A DNA stretch of 64,000 bases. Origin: Octopus bimaculoides. Lineage: Eukaryota. The DNA lies in assembly GCF_001194135.2 (NCBI RefSeq), contig NC_068998.1, positions 33,599,128 through 33,663,127 on the forward strand, in the 5' to 3' direction. A model generated the notes under the pieces. That model searched no databases. It was not told the DNA's origin and saw only the letters and a program-made list of their open reading frames with translations. The position numbers and the translations under genes were made by a program. This document shows, piece by piece, positions 1 through 12,561 of the stretch; the first letter of the stretch is position 1; the number at the start of each line of letters is the position of its first letter.

Positions 1-71
1 AGCATATCTAGTTCTTGTCCATTATCTTTACAAACACACACACACGCACGCACACATGCACGCGCGCGCGC

Positions 72-102
<31 letters not shown>

Positions 103-1332
103 GAGTCATTATATTATTATTATTATTTTAAATTTTGCTGGTGTTTTGTTAGCTTGAAGGAAGAACTGAACTGATTCATTCCATCTTTAAAATTCACCAA
201 TGATTGCTTGTTTCAACCAAACCTAAGGAGTGAAGAACTGCTTATTGAAACAAAACTGTGGTTTAACCATCGCTCTTTAATGAGACTAAATATATTGTTA
301 TCAAACCTACACATGTGCTTCTGTATACACACTTATTCATAAACCACATTATAGTGGTACCCGAGTTTATTTCAGGAATATCATATCTAATTTCAAATGC
401 ATCTTTTTTTTTCTATATTTTTCACTGCATTGAGATAAATGGGAAATTTATATTAATTCATTTTCCAATATGGTAATACATATAATGGAAACATATGTTA
501 GAATTACAATAAAGACAACAGTTTATTGCAGGTTTCATGCTTGTATCAAGAAATCTCATGTATTTTCAAGTTACTGAAACCAAGAAAATATTGGTAAACC
601 AATCGTCCATATAATTCCAGTATGGATGTATGTAATGCAAGATTAATATAAAATAGAGTACCCAGACATTGATTAAATTTAGTGGATGTTATATATATGT
701 AGATTAGGTAGTTTGAATTTAAATCCGGTTAGCCATGTGACTTGTTTCAAAACTTTCTAATCTTCAAAAAAGAAACTTTTCAGATTTTTCAATAAGGTAT
801 ATTATAATCTTGTTATCTTTTAAATCAGTTCCAATAGATACTAAGAATTGTTTCAGCTCTGCTAATGGATATTATTTGGAAAGATTGTTGTGGTTCAAAC
901 AGTCAAAACGGTTGAGTCAGTTAGTAACTTGCCTGGAAAGTATAGCAGTTAACGTTTGGTAACTAGCATTGCACCATGTCTACAGGGAGAAAACAAACCC
1001 AGTGGCATGACTAGTCCATATAACTATAAATATTATCCACTTTTGCTATTGAATGAAAACGTTCGATATTGGGGTGAGGGTGAATGTGGAAATAATAAGG
1101 ACAGTTTGAGGGTAAATTCCTGCAGTTAGTGGCATTGGTTAAGAGGAAATAATTCCTCTAACTTTAGCTCATAGCTTTTATTCAAAGTATAATGTGAATG
1201 AAATTTAAAGTTTTCTTATGACCATTTTTATTGATGGTACAGAACATGGCTGTGTGCTAATGAATTTGTTTCCCAAACAGTTTCAGGTTTGGTTTCACTG
1301 CATGGCACCTTGAGCAAATATTTTCTGTTATA

Positions 1333-1725
1333 GGTGCAGGAGTGGATGTGTGGTAAGTAGCTTGCTTACCAACCACATGGTTCCGGGTTCATTCCCACTG
1401 CATAGCACCTTGGGCAAGTGTCTTCTACTATAGCCTTGGGCCGACCAAAGCCTTGTGAGTGGATTTGGTAGGCAGAAACTGAAAGACGCCCGTCGTATAT
1501 ATGTATGTATATATATATATATATATAAGTGTGTGTATATCTTTGCCTGACAACTGATGGTGGTGTGTTTACGTCCCCGTAACTTAGCGGTTTGGCAAAA
1601 GAGACCAATAGAATAAGTACTAGGCTTCCAAAGAATAAGTCCTGGGGTTGATTTGCTCGACTAAAGGTGGTGCTCCAGCATGGCCACAGTCAAATGACTG
1701 AAACAAGTAAAAGAATAAAAGAATA
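1333..1725 (+). mobile_element. tRNA-headed CORE-type SINE (octopus OR-like), near full length, with internal (TA)n
   Basis: Box A-like TGGATGTGTGG, box B-like GGTTCATTCCC, CORE-like CACCTTGGGCAAGTG, central microsatellite, and tail GGTGGTGCTCCAGCATGGCCACAGTCAAATGACTGAAACAAGTAAAAGAATA. More than 10 homologous copies occur in the window. A decayed head lies at about 1236-1332 and a variant body at about 1730-1975. Confidence 0.85.
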
Positions 1726-2209
1726 GTTCTGAGCCAACCAAAACTTAGTAAGTGGATTTGGTAGACAGAAATTCAAAAAAGCTTATCATATGTGTGTGTG
1801 TGTGTGTATGTGTGCATGGAGGTATGTGCATGTATTTCTGTCTCCTTGCCTTGACCTCATTTGATAGTTGTAAATGAATATCACCATCATACAAGCAGTA
1901 TTCTTCATTTCCAATCTTTTGTGAAGAAACATGTCCAGCCATCAGAAAATATTACCTTGCCTGGATACAGGTAAAGGAAATCTGGTCAGATAAAATCCAC
2001 CTCTACAACTTCTCTTTCTCATCTATGGAAGCATAGAAAAGTGGACATTAAAACAAGGATGACAACAAAAGCTAATTTTATAAGAGGAAAGTGTGTGTAG
2101 TCCAGTGAACCATTTACATTATATTATTTACTGATGCTGTTTCTATTGGCACCTGAAATTCTAAGGCATTTGTATAGTCTGACACTTAATCTATCATCGC
2201 ATAACTTTA

Positions 2210-2413
2210 CTATCTTTTATTTCTTACTTGTTTCAGTCATTAGGCTACGGCCATGCCGGAGCACCATCTTGAATTTTTAGCTGAATGAGTTAACTCCAGT
2301 GGGTTTTTTAAAGCCTAGTACTTATTCTATCCATCACTTTTGCTGAACTGCTCAGTTATGGGGATGTAACCACACCAAGTGGTGGTGGAAGACAAACACA
2401 GACACACAGACAG

Positions 2414-2448
<35 letters not shown>

Positions 2449-2830
2449 TATTCCAATATGTGACCACATGTGCATCATTGGCGATTTTCTTTCTCTGTCT
2501 TCCCTTCTTTGAACTTTTCCTACATTTCTGATGAAGAGCTCCGCTTGAAACGCGAAATTCTCTTTCTTTTCTTTCCTTTCCTGAGCATCCAATAACACTG
2601 TACTTATTCCACGTCCTCGTATTGTTGTTTTTTCGTGTTTTTGCATGTTTTTTCTTGCTTGTTCATGTTTGAATTGACTATATATATATATATATATATA
2701 TATACGATGGGCTTCTTTCTATTTCCTTCAACCAAATCCACTGATAAGGCTTTTACTGGCCAAAGGCTATAGTAAAATATGCTTACTCAAGCTGCCATGC
2801 AGTGGATCTTAAACCAGATCCTGTGGTTAG
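2210..2830 (-). mobile_element. CORE-type SINE copy interrupted by a ~210-bp PLE-like terminal fragment
   Basis: SINE tail (CTTGTTTCAGTCATT) at about 2225 and head part (ACTCAAGCTGCCATGCAGTGG) at about 2785 flank unrelated sequence at 2470-2680. Confidence 0.7.
2470..2680 (+). mobile_element. Penelope-like terminal-repeat fragment with decayed minimal hammerhead
   Basis: ATTT-CTGATGA-A-GAGC-TCC-GCTT-GAAAC-GCG-AAAT at 2524-2558, followed by a T-rich tail that ends at a (TA)n tract. Confidence 0.55.
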
Positions 2831-3543
2831 GAAGCAAACTTCTAACCACACAGTCACAACAGCACTTATCTTTATATTTGGACAATGATTTTTTTCAGAT
2901 AAATCATGAGAGTAATTTATTATGTTGCATTTATTCATTTGTACTGAAAAGTTTTGAAGACATTTTAGCATTCTTTCTATTAACCCCATGAAGATGAAAT
3001 GGAAAATCCTTTCAAAGTTAATGTAACTTACAATATCCAAGCTGTTGCATTGTAAGTAGTTGTTGTTTAGGTTGGCTGTATGATCAAACAAAGCAAGATT
3101 TGCAACTATTCCAACCATGGCCATCACATATTTTTCCAGACGTTATATCTTTAGGTCTACAGTAATCAATGTGTTATTCCAATTCGAGGCATACAAAAAA
3201 AGATTTGGCTATTATTTTTAGTTGGTCAAGCAAGCTTTTGTAGTTGCTCTTTTGCAACTTGATGCCAATCTAACTATCAACCACTCATCTTTGCCATGAA
3301 ATGGCAACTGGTATCTATTTAAACCTGTCCTTACCATACTATTGTGAGATCTGTATTTTGAACCTGGTAGTTAGTATTTTAGCTCTTAATATCACAAATG
3401 TTATATAATTTAAGAATAATGTTTTATGAAGATTCCATAAAGGCAATTTTTGTGGTTACTGAATTTGCTTAGTACATGGTAGGTATTTTTAAGAAATGCT
3501 AAAGCAAAAATGATATAATAATGTCAATGATGATGATAACAAG

Positions 3544-3550
3544 AATAATG

Positions 3551-3632
<82 letters not shown>

Positions 3633-3652
3633 CGATGATGATGATGATGATG

Positions 3653-3700
<48 letters not shown>
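3544..3700. repeat. Compound (AAT)n/(GAT)n microsatellite
   Basis: Direct reading; accounts for the poly-Ile/Met ORF 3521-3736. Confidence 0.98.
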
Positions 3701-4099
3701 GTAAACTACAATATATTTGTTCTAAGTGTGTTTTAGTCCACTACTATTACATTTCTGTGAAACAGATTGTGGTAGATATTGAAGACAATGCAATAAAGTA
3801 ATTATTCTGAAATTGTATTCTGTCCTGTAGGAATATACAACTTGAATTCTTTTATTGATTCACTGTGAAATCTACTCGACACTGCTTTTGATGTTACCAA
3901 TGTATTTTCCCCTATCTTAACTTGATAAATAACTTGAATAACTAGACAAATTTCTGAATTAAAGGAATAATATGCAAGTGCATATATATACATATTGTGA
4001 GTGTATATGTGTGTGTGTATGCATGTATGTATATGTGTGTGTGCATACACACATGCATGTATGTACATAAAAAGATAGATACACAGATAGATTAATGGA

Positions 4100-4141
<42 letters not shown>

Positions 4142-5433
4142 TGCATATATACACATGTGCAAATATATGTGTGTATGTATACAAATCCAAAATTCTTTGT
4201 ATATGTGTACATAATCGTATACATACAAGAAGCATATTTCTCATTTACTAAGCATTTGTATCCGTTCTTTATTTTGTGTGAGAGAGAGGAGAGGGGCGAA
4301 GAGAGGGGGAGAGAGAGGGAGGGAATAAATAATTCTGTATTTTGGCTTGATTTAGCTTGATTTAGTTTTATTTCATTTTACCTCCCAATTCCCCCACTAT
4401 CATAAAAATTCCAAATCCTATTTACTGTGGAAAGCTAACAAGATTTCATGTTGGCACTAGTCTACAGTAACACATACTGTCACAGATACGAATAGAAATA
4501 ACATTATCTACACATTTTATCTAAGATAAGGTTGTTCTTGCTGTTGCTGTTGGAACTGCTGCAGTTGTTTTGTTTGTTTTGTAGATTGTTTTTCAAAAGA
4601 ATCTAAAGTTTTTATTCAGTAAATAATTTTATGCATGTAAGTATATTATCAAATTAGACAAATACTTGAAAATTTGTTCTTTATAACTTGAAAGAATAAT
4701 TACAGTCCCATTATTTCTAGAAGTAGCATACCGTTGATTGAATGGGTACTATTTATGTTACTGAAAATCATCATCGTTATTTCTGTTTTCATATTTGTTA
4801 TTTCCCAGATGGCCTGTATTGGATGAGGTTTCTTCAAGCTGTATTGTGGCCAGATGTCTTTTCCAATATCAAACCTTACTTGATTGTAATTAAGGAACTT
4901 TATTCCATTGGTCTTTGCATGGCAAGTTAAGGAATTCACTGTTTACGAGAGATAAACCAGCATTATCACTGTCTGAGTGCTGGCAATGCAAAGACAATGG
5001 AGAGAGTGCAATATATCATTCTCCATCTGATAAGATTCAGCCCTGCATGTTGCTGTATGCTCTATGATCTTCAGCAAGATGCAGACACTATATAATTGGA
5101 AAGAGGGATTTGTTGGTCAAGCTATGTCATTTAGCCAACTACCTACTTGTCACAGGATGGCTTAATCACTGATGATCAGGTGTTACACTACAACAACAGA
5201 CATAGGTCATTAAGAATGTCTCTTTGTGTTCTTTCAGCCCACTAGAAATAGTCATCAAACTTACCCCCAAATAAAACTGTACATTAGATAATGTAGTCTT
5301 ACATATACCTAAAAAGAAGTTGAAACTGTCATGGCTGGAATGTCTTTGATCATATGCTGGCTCAGATTAGATTCACCTGGAATTAAACAACAACTAACAC
5401 TCCAGTCACATACATGTGTCTACAGATCCCCTG

Positions 5434-5483
<50 letters not shown>

Positions 5484-5486
<3 letters not shown>

Positions 5487-6374
5487 GGTGCGTTGAATAA
5501 ACTGTTGTCTAAATTATGCAAAAATGAGAATAACACTGACATCTCATTTTCACAGGTATATTTACTAAAATTACATAAAAATATCTTGAAATACTAAAGA
5601 GTAAATCTATTCAATAAAATTGCCATTCGCTTCAACCACGGCCTCCAGACGACTTTGGAATCTCCTGCAACTCTTCTGGACAATCTCCCTGTTTAAGTTG
5701 GTGAATGCTGCCATAATCCTTGCCTTCAGTTCATCTTTGGTGTTAGAAGGAGTTTTGTTGGTCTCTCACTCAACTGCACCCCACACATAATAATCAAGTG
5801 GGTTGCAGTCTGGGTAATTAGGTGGCCAGATGTTAGGGGTGGTGTGGTTGCAGAAATTGTCTAACAGCCATGACTGAGTTCTCCTGCTTGTGTGGTATGG
5901 TGTAAAGTCCTGTTGCCAGACATAGGATCTTCCAGAAGTCACCCTCTTGACCCAGAGCAGCACCACCTTCTCCAGGCACTTGATGTAGGCCTCCGTATGA
6001 GTTTGAGGCCATGTGGGAAGATGAATGGAGGCTTAACGTCACCATCACTAGTGATCACTCCAAACACCATGATGTTGACTGGATGTTTGATTTTTATCAC
6101 CCTCGGTACATGTCCTCAGATTGCACTGTCCTCACATTGACACTTAAATACTCTGAAATGTTCATACTCGAGCTTCCAGTGTGAATGCCAAGCAGTAGAG
6201 CATGTCATTACCAAATTTTTGGCTGAGTGAATTGTGTCATGGTGCTGTTTTTCTCACAGATGGTGCCCAACTGACCCTACTATACTGTGTAGTCGACAAA
6301 ATACAAAAATACAAACATTATGCATGCACAAAATTAAAAATATAAAATGGTTACAATTTATCCATTACACTCTG
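5484..6374 (-). mobile_element. Internally deleted DD37D (maT/mori) Tc1/mariner transposon, copy 1
   Basis: TA flanks; imperfect TIRs CAGGGTGCGTTGAATAAACTG and revcomp CAGAGTGTAATGGATAAATTG. ORF 5766-5966 has WQQDFTPYH...WPPNYPDCNPLDYYVWG with 37 residues between the second and third catalytic Asp. Confidence 0.9.
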
Positions 6375-6381
6375 TATATAT

Positions 6382-6413
<32 letters not shown>

Positions 6414-6724
6414 TCATCCAAACACTCAATAAATTCCTTTGGAACTCTTTCCCTATCTACATCGATGTTTAAAATGGGCAAGAGGCAGTTAGGTATGGTG
6501 CTCAACTTAGAAATGTTTGTAAATTCATTATGTGAGTTGATGAAAATGAGTTATCCTTTCATTCTTTATATGACTAAAATCTAAAAGAATGTAGATTAAA
6601 GTGAAAATATATTAAAAGGAATCTATTTAAAGCTTAACATTGGGACTTGAAGGTTGTGAGCTTTCATTTCAATGGGCCCAATGAAATAAATTTAGCAGTA
6701 TGTAGCAACTATTCATGCACACAT

Positions 6725-6775
<51 letters not shown>

Positions 6776-7194
6776 CATGCTTTCATACATATACACATAC
6801 ATACATACATGCATACATACATACATACATACATACATACATACATACTTACGTACATACAAGTGCTGGGGCTGATATACTCAATTAAACCCTTTAAGGT
6901 GGTGCCCCAGCATGGCCACAGACTAATGATTGAAACAATTAAAAGGTGAAAGGTATACATACATACTGACAGACAACTTATTTTTTTAGATGGTCATGTG
7001 TTAACTCTAACGATACACAAGTCAATCTTGTTCTCACAATCTATGGGTCTATGTGTTTTTTATTCAAGGGTTGTTAAACCCAGTACACAGTATTATAAGA
7101 TCAATTCAATCCTTTAGATCTTATTTTCTATTGAAAATTAAAAAAAAGTTTACACTCTGCCTTATAAAGTAAAGATCAGCAATTCATTAGGTGT

Positions 7195-7335
7195 TCTAGC
7201 TTAGCCATTATCCAGGGTCGATTTTGCCTTTCATCCTTTCAGAGTCAATAAAATAAGTACCAGTTAAGCACTGGGGTCAATTCAGTCAACTTATCCCTTC
7301 CCCTGAAATTACTGGCCTTGTGCCAATGTGTAAAA
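7195..7335 (+). mobile_element. Fragment of a second SINE family (Meta-domain-like core)
   Basis: GCCTTTCATCCTTTCAGAGTCAATAAAATAAGTACCAG core, shared with 15588-15748, 33710-33830 and 58897-59108. Confidence 0.7.
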
Positions 7336-7628
7336 CCTTTATTTCAGGTTAGGTTTGTAATTGAAATATGCTTCTCCTCCCTATCTCATACACACTTCTT
7401 GAATTTTATTTCCATATGGCAAAGATTTAGTTTCCATCAGATGCAATTAAAATTTACACTAAGTGAATTCAGACATACCAGGAGCACTGTATTGTTTTGT
7501 TAAGCATGACAAAATCTAAACATTTTATGAGAAGATTTTTAGCGTAACTCTATGAAAAATATATAATTTTCTTAAATTTGTTTTACTTTTGTTTTTATCT
7601 ATCCTGTTATTTACTGTTAAACCTTATT

Positions 7629-7678
<50 letters not shown>

Positions 7679-7818
7679 ATTCCCAATATTTTTTCTCTCC
7701 CTCTCAGTGCACATTCACACACATCCATGTACAATTCTGCTGTAATATATATCAAACTATTTTCTATAGCCAATACATGGTGAACGCCTGTAAGCTTAAA
7801 ACTTGTAATTATTATTTA

Positions 7819-8332
7819 NNNNNNNNNNNNNNNNNNNNNNNNNNNNNNNNNNNNNNNNNNNNNNNNNNNNNNNNNNNNNNNNNNNNNNNNNNNNNNNNNN
7901 NNNNNNNNNNNNNNNNNNNNNNNNNNNNNNNNNNNNNNNNNNNNNNNNNNNNNNNNNNNNNNNNNNNNNNNNNNNNNNNNNNNNNNNNNNNNNNNNNNNN
8001 NNNNNNNNNNNNNNNNNNNNNNNNNNNNNNNNNNNNNNNNNNNNNNNNNNNNNNNNNNNNNNNNNNNNNNNNNNNNNNNNNNNNNNNNNNNNNNNNNNNN
8101 NNNNNNNNNNNNNNNNNNNNNNNNNNNNNNNNNNNNNNNNNNNNNNNNNNNNNNNNNNNNNNNNNNNNNNNNNNNNNNNNNNNNNNNNNNNNNNNNNNNN
8201 NNNNNNNNNNNNNNNNNNNNNNNNNNNNNNNNNNNNNNNNNNNNNNNNNNNNNNNNNNNNNNNNNNNNNNNNNNNNNNNNNNNNNNNNNNNNNNNNNNNN
8301 NNNNNNNNNNNNNNNNNNNNNNNNNNNNNNNN
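7819..8332. other. Assembly gap (N run); other gaps at 12057-12207, 19289-19859, 22263-22272, 50490-50554
   Basis: N runs, mostly abutting (TA)n or (TG)n tracts. X-rich ORFs over them are artefacts. Confidence 1.
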
Positions 8333-8360
<28 letters not shown>

Positions 8361-8364
<4 letters not shown>

Positions 8365-9572
8365 GGTTGGACAAAATAATGGAAACACCTTAAAATTTCA
8401 AACAAATTTATTTTAATATAGGGTAGGACTGCCTTTGGCAGTAACTACATCTTGAATTCTATGAGGTATGGACTCATGCAATGTTTGAATTGTTTCCAAA
8501 GGAATTTTTGTCCATTCTTCAGCTAAAACAATTCTTGTTTTTTTTTAAATGCACCATAAATGTTCAATGATATTGAGATCTGGGGACTGTGGTGGCCAGA
8601 TAAGATGTTCAATTTCATTATAATGTCCCTCATGCCATTCAGTAACAACTTTACCTTGTGAATTGGTGCATTATCATCCTGAAAGATTGTGTTTCCCCCC
8701 GGAAACAGTTCCACAACCAGAGGATGAATTTGATCAGATAAAATGCTTAAATAGTCCTCACTATTAATTCTGCCATGAAGGCAAACCATTGGGCTGGTGG
8801 ATTTCTAAGATATAACCCCTCACCCAGATCATCACAGATCCTCCTCCATGTTTATCAGTTGGAAGAAGACAGTCTGGGTCAAATGCTTCTTTTGGCTGTC
8901 TCCACACGTATACTCAGCCAGAGGTCGGAAATCAGGTAAAGGATGACTCGTCCGAGAAAATAACCATTTCTTTAGGTTTTTTACTCCACTCTAAATGCTT
9001 TACAACTTTTGTTTTTGAAAGTAGTGTTTTTCTGATTGCAGTGGTCCCATGAAATCTGACTTTGTTCAGCTCCCTGCAAACAATCTTTGTGGAAACTGGG
9101 TTCTCGAGGTGGTCATTAAGCCTTGCAGTAATTTGGGGAGCTGTACTTTTGTGATCCTTTCTAACAATTTGCATAAGAGTCCGACGGTCCCTATCTGAAT
9201 GTTTTGGCTTTTTTCCGGAGTTTTGTTTCGACAAGGAGATTGTTCCCTCTTTCTCAAAGGTTGTCATTACTTTCGAGAGAGTACTTCTTGATACACCAAA
9301 CATTTCGGCTGTTTTCATTATGCTAGTGCCTGCCATACGAGCACCAACAACTTGACCTCTTTGAAAGTCCAATAAATCTGTAATTTTAATGAATTTTAAT
9401 TACCATTTGATGATATCTGAAAAGAAACAGCAATTTTACCATAACATATTAAGCAATACTAATAATAAATCCAAAAAAACATAAAAATAAACAAGCTTTT
9501 GAGAGTTTTATAGATATTTCAAAATTATTACGCTATGATGCAAGATGTTTCCATTATTTTGTCCAACCCCTG
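8361..9572 (-). mobile_element. Full-length but inactivated Tc1-family (DD34E) transposon
   Basis: 27-bp TIRs CAG(A/G)GGTTGGACAAAATAATGGAAACA with TA TSD. Broken transposase: DFQRGQVVGARMAG...IFSDESSFT (8932-9372) and IFQDDNAPIH (8523-8789), with the PDLNIIEH motif in a shifted frame. Confidence 0.93.
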
Positions 9573-10459
9573 TATGTATATGTATATGTATGTTGTCATA
9601 GTGAATATATGAATTAATACATAATTAATATTTTCATGATAAAGTTAAAAACTATCAGTTATCAGACATTATAAGGCTAGTTCACTTCCACAAAGTCATA
9701 GTAGCTCATGTATTTGCAGGGAGTACAAATAGTTTCTTTTCATGTGCACTGGCTCTGTTCTTACAATGAGCACAATTCTATTAAAGCATAGCTTTACAAA
9801 ATTTCAGCAGGAACCTCTTAGATTTTTACAAAATTTCAGCAGGAAACAACAAATCAGTGAAGAGGTTTGGAAGAGACTCTGTTATTCTGATATTTAGAGA
9901 AAAATTGAGGGAGGTTTTGAGAAAAAGATGTGTTATGGAATAAATTGCTGTTTAAGGTATAGTAGAAAAGATATATGACGAAACAAATAAATAAAGATGC
10001 TACTCTGCTCAATGCAGGGCTGGTTTCCACTTCTAAAATGCACACAGGTACTTGTGGAAGTAGTAGCATTTTATGGAAAACTCTGATAGTATTTAGATAA
10101 TGGTCAGAATTGTTAATGTTATTCAAAATTTGCTTTTTCTCAGCTCTATATGAGTCATTCATATTAAACCCATTAACGTGTGGTTTACTCCTCTCTTGAA
10201 TTTTCAACTATATATCAAAGTTACTATCTTAAAAAAAAAAGATGTAACTCAACAGTGTCACTGTATCTCTTTTTTAATTATGTCTGAATAATGATGGAGG
10301 ATTGAAATAATACTATTCCTGTCATACTACTCTATTGTTGACACACATACACACTCTCTCATCTCTCTCTGATTATCTATTTAAACACACACACATACAT
10401 GCTTGTGTGTGTTTGTGAGTGTACTTGTGTGTGTTATGAGCCTCTCATAGTATGAAATA

Positions 10460-10800
10460 ATATCAGAAATTTAGATGTAATCGTTGACAATGACCTCATC
10501 ATAAGTGCCAATATCAATAGTATAGTCAAATACTTGGACCATTAGGATGTTCCACTCTGTTGACACAGATGCCATCGTTTTTCACATCTTTATCTTCCTG
10601 TAGTCTCATCTTGAAAAATGTTCCCCTCTATGGTCTTCGTATATCAATTGAAGTTAATTCTCCCCATAATGGTATTCAATTACTTGACATGCTTTAATGA
10701 CTGGGATAATCATCAGAACCCCTAATCTTTTCATCACTATAGTAAGTGTAGTGCTATGTCATTTGTATAGTGTGGAGTATATTTTATTCATTTTGCTCAA
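10460..10800 (+). mobile_element. Highly decayed L2/CR1-like LINE RT C-terminal remnant
   Basis: By-eye peptides LDVIVDNDLIISANI and, across an indel, SHLEKCSPL-YGL resemble the L2 motifs LGVxFDxxL and SRLDYCNSLLYGL. Confidence 0.4.
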
Positions 10801-11244
10801 ATGACATATCAAGTTTAAAAATCACACAATAGTGAACCATGTTATTTATCCCCTTTAAAAACCAAGTTCACACCATATAAACCTGTTGTAAAACGAGTTT
10901 TTGTCTCATCTTGTCCTGGTATATTCAAAACTATTCTAACACAAGAACAAAAGAAAAAGAACAAAATTTTTATGTAACACTCAGATAGATTCACCCAACA
11001 CATACAACATAAACCACCAAAAACAGGTTTATTCCAAGTATAGTAAATTTTTGTCTGAGCATAAATTAGGAAGCTAAAAGCCTATTAATGTACTGCAAAT
11101 ATTCAAAATATATAAACTAGGTGTTTTCACTTGGCAAAATTTATCCACACACACACTATATATATATACACACACATGTATGTGCGTGTTTATATATATA
11201 TGTGTTTTTCTCTCTCTGTCAACAACTTTCAATACCTCATCAGC

Positions 11245-11940
11245 ATTCTTCTCTTACAATCCGGAACATGCAAAAGAGGCATCAACCACCACATCAAATC
11301 CACTCACTATGCTTTCAGAAGACTCAGCAAGTACGTATTCAATAACCATGGGCTCCCCCTCTGAACAAAACTCGTGGTGTTCCATGCCATTGTCATCTCC
11401 ACTTTGCTCTTTGCCAGCAAGACATGGACCCTGTATTGGAAAGACCTGAAAAAGCTTGAGCATTTCCAACAAGCTGAGCTTTGGAAGATCCTCAACATTA
11501 AATGGCAGGACCGATGTACCAACAACAAAGTCCTCAGTCACTCAGAAATGCCAAATATTGAAGCTTCTATCCTCAAGCATTGCCTCAGGTGGTCGGGAAA
11601 TATCATCTGAATGGCCCCTTCAAGATTCTTATGAATCATCTTCAGCAGTGTGCTCATCAACAGCAAATGACACTGAGGAGCTCCAAAACACGGATTCAAA
11701 GACTAACACCTAACACCTGAGAAACAGATACTGCCAACCATCAATCCTCATGAGAAGCAATTCATTTGCCTGTTCCACTTTTGAAGAGAAAGACTGAAGA
11801 AGACACAAAAAGAAAGCAACACAAAGCCTGGAAACTTCAACCAAGACCACCACCCATTCTACCACAGGATCAGTACCTGAGACTGTTCCATTCCTGACTT
11901 GGCCTTCTGAGAGCCATGTCTGGTTTAAGCATTATAGAGG
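11245..11940 (+). mobile_element. RTE-clade (BovB-like) LINE 3' fragment
   Basis: INHHIKSTHYAFRRLSKYVFNNHGL / VFHAIVISTLLFASKTWTLYWKDLKKLEHFQQAELWKILNIKWQDRCTNNKVL...LRWSGNII is typical of the RTE post-RT region; frameshifted. Confidence 0.85.
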
Positions 11941-11981
11941 CACCAAGTGAACCAAACTTGGACACAAGTGATGCTGATGAC

Positions 11982-12056
<75 letters not shown>

Positions 12057-12418
12057 NNNNNNNNNNNNNNNNNNNNNNNNNNNNNNNNNNNNNNNNNNNN
12101 NNNNNNNNNNNNNNNNNNNNNNNNNNNNNNNNNNNNNNNNNNNNNNNNNNNNNNNNNNNNNNNNNNNNNNNNNNNNNNNNNNNNNNNNNNNNNNNNNNNN
12201 NNNNNNNCCTCCTCACCATCCTTCAGCCTCTGATATCTATCTTCTATTGTTGTGTTGGATGGTTTGAGTAGATCTTGTGAGCTGGAAAATTGTGTTATGC
12301 TCAAGAGTCTACTTTGGCATGGTTTCTATGGATGGATGTCCTCTTTCCTAATGCCAAACGTTTTACAAAGTGGACTGGATGTTTCTGTCATGATACCAGC
12401 ACTATTGAAATCACCAAC

Positions 12419-12444
12419 TAAGAAGAAGAAGAAGAAGGAGAAGG

Positions 12445-12477
<33 letters not shown>

Positions 12478-12561
12478 AAAAGAAGAAGAGGAAGAGGAAG
12501 AAGAAGAAGAAGGAGAAGGAGAAGAAGAAGAAGAAGAAGAAGAAGAAGAAGAAGAAGAAGA
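12419..12561. repeat. (AAG)n/(AGG)n trinucleotide microsatellite
   Basis: Direct reading; source of the poly-K/F/L ORFs. Confidence 0.98.

Noticed and set aside
7777-8405. Long X-containing ORFs here and at 11916-12304, 19076-20029, 50352-50747
   Set aside because: Artefacts of N gaps and flanking microsatellites.
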